Positions 19,962 through 27,024 of a DNA stretch of 52,833 nucleotides are shown here, in pieces. The stretch comes from an uncultured Verrucomicrobiae bacterium (GTDB taxonomy: Bacteria; Verrucomicrobiota; Verrucomicrobiia; Limisphaerales; JAFGQR01), in contig CAWBHS010000025.1 in the NCBI GenBank assembly GCA_963788655.1, forward strand, positions 1 to 52,833, in the 5' to 3' direction. How positions within the stretch are numbered: position 1 is the stretch's first letter; each line of letters starts with the position of its first letter. Made by a program: the position numbers and the translations under genes. A model generated the notes under the pieces. That model was not told where the DNA came from. It saw nothing but the letters and a program-made list of their open reading frames with translations, and did no database searches.

Positions 19962-20720
19962 ATGAGCAATAAGAAGACTCGTTATTGGAATCAGCCCTGG
20001 CGAAGTCACCGCGCCTTCACGCTCATCGAACTCCTGGTGGTCATCGCTATCATCGCCATTCTGGCGGCCCTCCTTTTGCCCGCCCTCGCCAATGCCAAGG
20101 CAAAAGCCGCCAGCACCGCCTGTCTCAACAACCTCAAGCAACTGCAACTGGCGTGGCAGATGTGCGTGGATGACCGCGACGACGAGGTACCGTCCAATCA
20201 GGCCGGCGTGACCAATGGCGTTTGGCGCAGCGCTCCCGATTCATGGATTGGCGACTCCAGCGCGCCGCAGGATGTGGACACGTCACGCATCGAAAACGGC
20301 CTATTTTACAAGGGCAACTACAATCGCACCATGCGGCTCTATCAATGCCCGAGTGACAAAACCGGCCGCACGCGGAGTTATTCCATGAATGCCAATCTCG
20401 GTGGGCCGCAATGGGGTTGGCCGGCGGTGTACAAAGCCGCCGCCATTCCCAATCCGGCTCAACTCTTCGTGTTCCTGGACGAAGACGAGCAGACCATTGA
20501 TGACGCCTGCTTCACGGTGAATCCGGCGCCGGCCGACTCCTGGTCCAACATTCCGGCCGATCGCCACACTCAGGGCTGTAATTTTTCGTTCGCCGACGGA
20601 CACGTCGAGCATTGGGCCTGGAGACACCCGAAGAAGAAAAGGGGCACGGCTGCCAATGATCCGGATCTGGCCGACTTGAGACGCCTGCAAGCAGTGACCC
20701 TGCAACAGGGAAAGGACTAG
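19962..20720 (+). CDS. Prepilin-type N-terminal cleavage/methylation protein with H-X9-DG motif
   Basis: [52 protein letters not shown]. Confidence 0.93.
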   Translation: MSNKKTRYWNQPWRSHRAFTLIELLVVIAIIAILAALLLPALANAKAKAASTACLNNLKQLQLAWQMCVDDRDDEVPSNQAGVTNGVWRSAPDSWIGDSSAPQDVDTSRIENGLFYKGNYNRTMRLYQCPSDKTGRTRSYSMNANLGGPQWGWPAVYKAAAIPNPAQLFVFLDEDEQTIDDACFTVNPAPADSWSNIPADRHTQGCNFSFADGHVEHWAWRHPKKKRGTAANDPDLADLRRLQAVTLQQGKD

Positions 20721-20788
20721 CTTCAGTGTCTGGCCGAAATGATCCGGAATCCAAGCTGCGAGGGTGGGCTCGAAGGCCTTTGGGGATG

Positions 20789-20930
20789 GCTCAGAGCCTG
20801 TTTGAAAAATGGTAGAAGCCGACGTAAGGAGGCTCATTCATGTCGGACGCGTCGCGGTTTTTCGAGGAAAAATGAGCCTCCTCACGTCGGCTGCTACGGG
20901 CCGGCTAGAGTTTTAAAGCAGGCTCTGAGC
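20789..20930. repeat. Nested palindrome: family A REP pair inside an outer inverted repeat
   Basis: GCTCAGAGCCTGTTTGAAAA [GTAGAAGCCGACGTAAGGAGGCTC...GAGCCTCCTCACGTCGGCTGCTAC] TTTTAAAGCAGGCTCTGAGC. Confidence 0.85.
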
Positions 20931-21045
20931 CAGCGCCGGTGAAGTGAACGATCTCTTGGGGTTGGAGTGCTGGAGCCGTGGAGTAATGAATAGTGCCACA
21001 TTACATTTTCCAATCCTCCATTACTCCGGATTCAACTCCATTGGG

Positions 21046-23523
21046 TCACGGACTCGCCCTCATCACGCGGAAAAATCGAGAGCCCGGAGGGGGGAAGAAA
21101 CGGAGGGTGTTGAAGTTACCGTTGGTGTCGATGGTTTCGGTTACGGTTGACCAAGCAGTAGCTGGCGCGAAGTTGGTCGTGCTCTGCGCCACAAAACCAG
21201 GCACCGCCGGCCACTGGATAATTACTAATCGGCCGAAGCGCCGAACGGACAAGTCCAGGGACGGGATCGCCACTGAGCGTTCGGCGGAATAGGCGCTGGT
21301 TCCCGCCCCGCTCCGGGCCTGGACGCGATATGAATAGAGCTGGCCGGGATTAACGTTTGAGTCCGTGTAGGTCGTGGCGTTGGCTGGCAGAAAGGCGATT
21401 TGGGCCCATTCGTTCGTTGCCCCCTGTTTCCGTTCAACCGCAAACCCAAACTCGTTGACGCTGTTGTCACGCCAAACCAAATCGACCTTCAAGTCGGAGG
21501 TGGCATACGCGTCCAGGAGTTTCGGCGCGGCGGGAAGTGCGTTCGGCGCGGGTCCGGCGGTGGTGATTTCCACATCGTCAACGTAACGATATTCGCCGGA
21601 GCCTTGGCCGCCATCGTTTTGTTCGAAGAAAATTTTGACCGTTTGCCCTGCATAAGGTTCGAGGTTGGCGCTACGCAGCACCCAGTTTCCGTCCGGCAGC
21701 GATTCCCAGTCGAGCAGGGTCAGGAAAGTGGAGTCAGGCAATTGGAGGCGAACGCGAAGTTCACCGTCATTAACCGCCCGGGTTTGGAAACGGAGGCTGA
21801 CCGCGTTGGGCGGGAGCACGACTTGCCGGGAAAACCAGGCATTGGGGCTGGAATTCGGGGTGCCCAGATCGGATCCGTCGAAGAGCAGTGAACCGTTCCC
21901 CTCGGCGGCGGTCCATTGAGCTTTATCGAACGGTTTACCACTAATCGCGCCTGACCAGCCCTGAAGACCGTTGGCGAAGTTGAAGGCGATGGTATTGCCA
22001 AGGTTGGCTTGGATGAGCTTCACAAATACATCCGGAGTGACCACCCGGACCTCGGGAGCCAGGCTGTTCACCACGGTTTTTACGTTCCCAAGATCTTTGC
22101 TCCAAACATGCACGGCAACGAGACTGTAGCCGTCGGGACTGGAAGGAGTGCGCGGGGCGTTGTTCAGGTGGTTGATGACGCTGGCTTCGTCCGCCCCTGA
22201 AAGACCGTCCCAAAGCATTTCCCGGGCTCCGATGACGGGTTTCCCGTTGGACCAGGCGATGGCGCCGTGCGCGCCGTTGTAAGGGGCGAATTCGAGGTAG
22301 ATGAGGGCGGCGATATTGGGTTGGGCGGTGTATTTGTCCCAGAGATCGAGGCGATTGAAGGAATTGAAGTCGATGATCTGGACAATGTTCAGGTCGGCAT
22401 GGGCCATTAAGGAATCAAGCCGCGCCACGTGCAGGTCGAGTTCGGCCGGGGGATACATGCTGGGATAGAGGTAGCCATTGCCGGACGGGCCGGCGATGAA
22501 GAAGTCGCGGCCCGGGCTGTTCGAGGCGCTGGCGTAGTACCAGCGGAGGACGGAGGGCGCTAAGTCAGCCAGGGACGGGGAAAGCGCCCAGCCCATGTCG
22601 AAGTCGCCGCGGGCTGGGTGATTATAATAGGCCGGAAATCCGCCGAGATCCCATTGCACATTGTCACCATCGGTGGCGATGAACGTGACATAATGCACAT
22701 TCGGCTCGGTGACCGGATTGCTGTAGGTGCGCTGGTAGAGTGAATCTTCTCGGACACTGCTCAAGGTGGAAAGGTTGAGGGCCCAGTCGGAGGGTACGGT
22801 AAATACGCCCTGGCGCGAGCTGTCGCCGACAAAGCTGTTTTCGCCGCCAGTGCCCCAACCCAGTACGGCGGCGTCGGGATCCATACTGCGCATAACCGAG
22901 GTGCGAAACGCGGAATTGCCGTCCGAAAAAGTGAAGGCGTTGGCCATGACGGCGTAGTCGCGCAGATGAAAGTATTTGCTCTCCTCCTGCTCCACCACAA
23001 TCCGGCGGCTGAATTGCGGGGCATAGTTAGCCCAGGTCCAGGATTCGTCACGCGTGCTCACATCGGCGACGCGATTGGTGATGCCGTTGGCGCGGACGGA
23101 AGGTTCCAGCGTGCGATCGACCGCAATGGCATTCAAAGGGCCGCAGAGCGACGTAGCCGCATTGACGGAGTCGGGGTTCGATCGGTCGTAGAGGATATAA
23201 CCGTTGAGCAGATGTTTGAAACGGTTCAGCACGGTCCATGGGTCGGACAGCGGAGTAGATGGGACACCATAATGGTCGCGCAGGTGATCGAGCCAGAGGC
23301 TGTAGCCGCAACAGTCGTTGAAGTAAATCTGTTCGGAAGACGACCGCGCGACCAATCCCTGAAGCGACGCCATGAGGGTTTGCATGGGAGCATCCCCCAA
23401 GTCTGATCGTTCGATGACAACCAGCGAGGTGAGATTCGTGCCCTTGGCGAGCACGGAGTTGTCCGCCCGGACGTTCAGGGCAAATGCCGACAGAAAGACG
23501 CAAATGACAAGTCGGGTTGGCAT
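21046..23523 (-). CDS. Secreted GxGYxYP-domain putative glycoside hydrolase with beta-sandwich and FN3 domains
   Basis: Signal peptide, DGDNVQW, GPSGNGYLYP, FN3 (LVWRDNS..YSYRVQA), C-terminal ...SRFFRV tail. Confidence 0.85.
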   Translation of the reverse strand: MPTRLVICVFLSAFALNVRADNSVLAKGTNLTSLVVIERSDLGDAPMQTLMASLQGLVARSSSEQIYFNDCCGYSLWLDHLRDHYGVPSTPLSDPWTVLNRFKHLLNGYILYDRSNPDSVNAATSLCGPLNAIAVDRTLEPSVRANGITNRVADVSTRDESWTWANYAPQFSRRIVVEQEESKYFHLRDYAVMANAFTFSDGNSAFRTSVMRSMDPDAAVLGWGTGGENSFVGDSSRQGVFTVPSDWALNLSTLSSVREDSLYQRTYSNPVTEPNVHYVTFIATDGDNVQWDLGGFPAYYNHPARGDFDMGWALSPSLADLAPSVLRWYYASASNSPGRDFFIAGPSGNGYLYPSMYPPAELDLHVARLDSLMAHADLNIVQIIDFNSFNRLDLWDKYTAQPNIAALIYLEFAPYNGAHGAIAWSNGKPVIGAREMLWDGLSGADEASVINHLNNAPRTPSSPDGYSLVAVHVWSKDLGNVKTVVNSLAPEVRVVTPDVFVKLIQANLGNTIAFNFANGLQGWSGAISGKPFDKAQWTAAEGNGSLLFDGSDLGTPNSSPNAWFSRQVVLPPNAVSLRFQTRAVNDGELRVRLQLPDSTFLTLLDWESLPDGNWVLRSANLEPYAGQTVKIFFEQNDGGQGSGEYRYVDDVEITTAGPAPNALPAAPKLLDAYATSDLKVDLVWRDNSVNEFGFAVERKQGATNEWAQIAFLPANATTYTDSNVNPGQLYSYRVQARSGAGTSAYSAERSVAIPSLDLSVRRFGRLVIIQWPAVPGFVAQSTTNFAPATAWSTVTETIDTNGNFNTLRFFPPPGSRFFRVMRASP

Positions 23524-23644
23524 GTTAATCAGCTAACTGTGCCTCTGATCGCAAGAATGGACAAGGGGGGAATAATTCGGGATCGGTTATCAGAGTGTCC
23601 TGCTGGATATCAGAATGCGTTTACCTCGGACATTTCACACGCGC

Positions 23645-23721
23645 CGTAGCCGCCGACGTGAGGAGGCGGACCGTTTGACCACTTGGCGCTGGCGAATCCG
23701 CCTCCTTACGTCGGCGGCTAC
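23645..23721. repeat. GTAG-type REP pair (family A)
   Basis: GTAGCCGCCGACGTGAGGAGGCGGA ... TCCGCCTCCTTACGTCGGCGGCTAC. Confidence 0.85.
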
Positions 23722-23743
23722 CCCTTTAAAACACGCTCCAAGG

Positions 23744-23929
23744 TCACTTGATCACTTGCTGGGAGTTTTGGCGGGCCTGCTGCGTCAGGCGGTCGGCCCG
23801 GGTGTTGCGCTGAACGGTGGCCTGGGCTTCGGCCCAGGTGATCGTTTCCTGGATCAACTGCCAACGGCGCAACGCATCCCAATGGCGGTCACGGCGGGCT
23901 TCTTCCTCTTCTTTTAGCAAATCACTCAT
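23744..23929 (-). CDS. Small helical protein, partner of nucleotidyltransferase 1
   Basis: 61 aa; overlaps the upstream NTase stop by 8 nt. Confidence 0.65.
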   Translation of the reverse strand: MSDLLKEEEEARRDRHWDALRRWQLIQETITWAEAQATVQRNTRADRLTQQARQNSQQVIK

Positions 23930-24413
23930 TTGGATTTCGATTCAAGACTTGCCTCAAAAACCGGACGCGTTCCAACTTTCGGTCGTTTTCACCGAGAGCC
24001 AGTTGGCAAGCCAGCATGTCTTCGTCGGAAATTCCGCGGTAAGAAATTCCCGCCGCCGTCTGCGATGGCACCGCCCTTTTGACGGCCACGCTCCAGTCCG
24101 GCAAGCCACGAACGGCGCGAAAGATGTCAATTGGCCCGTGCGGACTGGTCATACAGAAAACCGCCTGTCGTTCCAGCCACCCCGGCGGGACTTGAACCAC
24201 TGGACGCCAGTCCTTATCGGTTGGTCCCCACTCGGCCTGCAAATCCGCCAAGGCCGTCTCGCTGCGTTGTAAATTCTCCGGCGCGTCGGCAACCCACAAA
24301 TCCACATCGAACGTCAGCACTGGTTGGTGACGGAGGAGAAAATTCATGCCGCCGATCAAAAGGTAATCCACTTGATGGCGGTTAAACGTCTCCAGGATGC
24401 GGTCCACGTTCAT
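23922..24413 (-). CDS. Pol-beta-fold nucleotidyltransferase 1
   Basis: YLLIGG...LTFDVDLWV (GG-x-DxD) plus third acid in GPIDIF. Confidence 0.8.
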   Translation of the reverse strand: MNVDRILETFNRHQVDYLLIGGMNFLLRHQPVLTFDVDLWVADAPENLQRSETALADLQAEWGPTDKDWRPVVQVPPGWLERQAVFCMTSPHGPIDIFRAVRGLPDWSVAVKRAVPSQTAAGISYRGISDEDMLACQLALGENDRKLERVRFLRQVLNRNPNE

Positions 24414-24419
24414 GACCCT

Positions 24420-24448
24420 ATGCTAAAGGCAATGGCTCAGCGCGGCAA
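24420..24448 (-). promoter_or_regulatory. Sigma70-like leaderless promoter of NTase 1
   Basis: TTGCCG-N17-TAGCAT-N6-ATG. Confidence 0.6.
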
Positions 24449-24638
24449 TCGGCAAGATGGTAGCCGGGGAATGTGAGGCGGCATCCACCGCTAACGCCTG
24501 CCAACGTCTGCTGAACCGGCGCCGGAAAAGCTCATATCGCCGATTAGACCGGGCGTTGTGAGTGCCCAGAAATCACTTCATGGCGGTCACGAGGTTACCT
24601 TCGCCATGAAACTGCAATCTGAAATCCGCCATCTGAAA

Positions 24639-24812
24639 TCAAGCGAAGCGTGGCGCCTCGCCCAAGGTTTCCAAGAAGCGTTGGCGGTCGGCGGCGTCCC
24701 GAAAGATGGATTCCCGGCGGTCGCCGCGATTCATTACGCCGGTCCCGCCGTAGCGTTGGAGAAGGAGGATGATAAACGCATCTGCATACTCGATCCGCAG
24801 CATGCGAGGTAT
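24639..24812 (-). pseudogene. REP-associated tyrosine transposase (RAYT/Y1) N-terminal remnant
   Basis: (I)PRMLRIEYADAF..[insert]..VMNRGDRRESIFRDAADRQRFLETLGEA matches the RAYT start 'MPRxLRIEYPGAxYHVMNRGDRRE.IF'. Start mutated and truncated before the HUH motif. Confidence 0.8.
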
Positions 24813-24838
24813 GGTCGTAGGTGACAAGGAACGCCCAT

Positions 24839-24879
24839 AGTGTCAATAGTGAGAACCGACCCCTTTACGACCCCTTTAT
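24839..24879 (-). repeat. Boundary motif copy 1 (ATAAAGGGGTCGTAAAGGGGTCGGTTCTCACTATTGACACT)
   Basis: Lies upstream of the RAYT remnant and abuts the 524-bp duplication. Contains a tandem GACCCCTTTA. Confidence 0.6.
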
Positions 24880-25402
24880 TGTAAGGGGCGAATTCGAGGT
24901 AGATGAGGGCGGCGATATTGGGTTGGGCGGTGTATTTGTCCCAGAGATCGAGGCGATTGAAGGAATTGAAGTCGATGATCTGGACAATGTTCAGGTCGGC
25001 ATGGGCCATTAAGGAATCAAGCCGCGCCACGTGCAGGTCGAGTTCGGCCGGGGGATACATGCTGGGATAGAGGTAGCCATTGCCGGACGGGCCGGCGATG
25101 AAGAAGTCGCGGCCCGGGCTGTTCGAGGCGCTGGCGTAGTACCAGCGGAGGACGGAGGGCGCTAAGTCAGCCAGGGACGGGGAAAGCGCCCAGCCCATGT
25201 CGAAGTCGCCGCGGGCTGGGTGATTATAATAGGCCGGAAATCCGCCGAGATCCCATTGCACATTGTCACCATCGGTGGCGATGAACGTGACATAATGCAC
25301 ATTCGGCTCGGTGACCGGATTGCTGTAGGTGCGCTGGTAGAGTGAATCATCTCGGACACTGCTCAAGGTGGAAAGGTTGAGCGCCCAGTCGGAGGGTACG
25401 GT
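24879..25402 (-). repeat. 524-bp near-identical direct copy of 22277-22800 (internal part of the GxGYxYP gene)
   Basis: Both copies run TTGTAAGGGGCGAATTC...GGAGGGTACGGT. I see two substitutions near the right end. Confidence 0.95.
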
Positions 25403-25474
25403 GATCGGTGTTACTCGACGCGAACTCAATATGGATCGAGGTTGTCTGCCATTGAGCCGCTCGGCACTGTCGCG

Positions 25475-25576
25475 TCAATTGGGCTCAGGATTGGCCTGCC
25501 GCCATGCATCTGCCCTGGCTGAATTCGCGTCGGGAACGTAGAGCGAGAAGAGAACACTGGTATCGACGTAAGTCAC
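25475..25576 (-). pseudogene. vapC: VapC/PIN toxin, N-terminal 33 aa only
   Basis: MTYVDTSVLFSLYVPDANSARADAW..* ('xxDTS' PIN start). GTGA overlap with upstream antitoxin. Confidence 0.7.
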
Positions 25577-25806
25577 CAACGCTCCTCCTCACGAGACAGC
25601 AGGACCATGTTCAGCAGCACCTTGTCGCCAAAAATCATGCGCCGCCGTGTCGCGTAATCTGGCAGCTTCACCGCTGCGGGCTTGGTGGGCGCGGCTTTTG
25701 AGGACGCCTGCTGCTCAATGTGTCTCTCCAGCCATCGAGCAATTTCCTGTGCCTGGGGCAGGGGCAGTTCTTTCAGCGCTGATTCAATTTCCACAACCGT
25801 GCTCAT
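25573..25806 (-). CDS. Putative antitoxin (VapB-like)
   Basis: 77 aa MSTVVEIESALKELP...SREEERW, coupled to the PIN fragment, with its own promoter. Confidence 0.7.
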   Translation of the reverse strand: MSTVVEIESALKELPLPQAQEIARWLERHIEQQASSKAAPTKPAAVKLPDYATRRRMIFGDKVLLNMVLLSREEERW

Positions 25807-25812
25807 GCCAGA

Positions 25813-25841
25813 AATTTAATGGAGCGAGAGAGTTTTGCCAA
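25813..25841 (-). promoter_or_regulatory. Sigma70-like leaderless promoter of the antitoxin
   Basis: TTGGCA-N17-TAAATT-N6-ATG. Confidence 0.65.
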
Positions 25842-25973
25842 TGGCAATTTTCCCGCCCGTCGTTCACTTCGAACGGAAATGCTCGTCAACTTGCACGCAA
25901 GTTGGTCCATCGGGCAGAGACCAAGCTTTGACTGACACGCGCCACGGTTGGACTGACATTCACCGGAGAGTTC

Positions 25974-26007
25974 ATAAACGTAAACGGGTCCTACTTATGA
26001 CACTTGC
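25974..26007 (+). repeat. Boundary motif copy 2 (ATAAACGTAAACGGGTCCTACTTATGACACTTGC)
   Basis: Imperfect inverted counterpart of 24839-24879. Confidence 0.5.
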
Positions 26008-26041
26008 GCGACTCTGACTGCTTCTCCGCCTGCAGAGGTGC

Positions 26042-26611
26042 TCAAGTGTTCTTCGGCCTGATCTCGCCGCGGAGCAGTCGCTGCAATTCGCTGGTGAGTC
26101 CCAGTATCTGGGCCCATTGCTTCTAGTAACGTTTGTCCAACGCCTCGGCTTGCACGGCCACCACACCCGCCGCATCGCCAAGCTGACGGTCGGACGGCGT
26201 TATGTGATTCCAGAGGAGCTTGTGCAGGATGACGTCCTCCGCCGTGGAAATCCACGCGGGCTCATCAAAGAGCGTGACTTGGTCGCGTCGCCGTAGCATT
26301 TCCCGGTCGAACGGTTCGGGCTTGGGCAGCCAGAAATCCACTTTCAAAGCGGAGCGAGTATCAATGGCATTGAACTGGTGCGGCGACTGAAAGGCGGCGC
26401 GCACGGCGGCCTCTTCGAGGTAAAAATCTCCACTGAATTCCTGAAGAATGCGCGGCACGGCGGACGTTGGCAGTTGCACGACGAAATCCAGATGGTGCGT
26501 GGTGCGCGGAATGCCCCAGTAGTTGCTGGCCATCGAACCCGTCAGATAATACGTCACTTCCGTTCGGTTCAGCCGACGCAGACAGTCCACCAGAAGTTCG
26601 CGCTCGTTCAT
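26042..26611 (-). pseudogene. Pol-beta-fold nucleotidyltransferase 2 with in-frame TAG and catalytic D-to-H change
   Basis: YYLTGSMAS...RTTHHLDFVV, KVDFW, TAEDVILHKL. After TAG (26123-26125) the frame continues KQWAQILGLTSELQRLLRGEIRPKNT* to 26042. Confidence 0.75.
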
Positions 26612-26811
26612 GCGGCGCGGGCAAGCTCGAGGCGATGACGAAGCAAACGCTCGACTTCAGCGGCGTCCGCATCCGGGTGTTGCCGACGGATGCCTTCCCG
26701 CGCGATATCGCAAGACATCGCGTGCAATTCCAGAGCGATTGCCAGCCGCTGCTCTCCGGTCATGCGGTGGTAGCGCTCAACCTGCTTTGCCAATGCCGTT
26801 GCCGCATCCAT
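26608..26811 (-). CDS. Small helical protein, partner of nucleotidyltransferase 2
   Basis: 67 aa, QVERYHRMTGEQRLAIALEL...GIRRQHPD. ATGA-coupled to the NTase. Confidence 0.75.
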   Translation of the reverse strand: MDAATALAKQVERYHRMTGEQRLAIALELHAMSCDIAREGIRRQHPDADAAEVERLLRHRLELARAA

Positions 26812-26865
26812 GACTCTTCCATACGCCAACTCGCCTCAGCTCACAACTTCAAATCCCGCCGGAAG

Positions 26866-26898
26866 GAAGCGGGCTCATTCCTCACTTTTGACACTTGC
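26866..26898 (+). repeat. Boundary motif copy 3 (GAAGCGGGCTCATTCCTCACTTTTGACACTTGC)
   Basis: Shares CTCACT-W-TTGACACT with copy 1 and TGACACTTGC with copy 2. Confidence 0.55.
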
Positions 26899-27024
26899 AG
26901 CCGCCTGGCGATCTGTATTTGGGATTCCCAAAGTTGCGTCGGATAGAGTTTGTGGCGAAACCACGGGGTCTGAAGAAAAGCAACTAACGTTTGCTTGTTT
27001 TCCCTGCCAGTTGAATTGAGTGGA

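Noticed and set aside
22277..25402. DGR template/variable repeat pair
   Set aside because: Only two visible mismatches over 524 bp, the region is internal rather than C-terminal, and there is no reverse transcriptase in the window.
26123..26125. Pyrrolysine or amber readthrough in NTase 2
   Set aside because: No pyl genes here, TAG is an ordinary stop in other genes, and a catalytic residue is also mutated.
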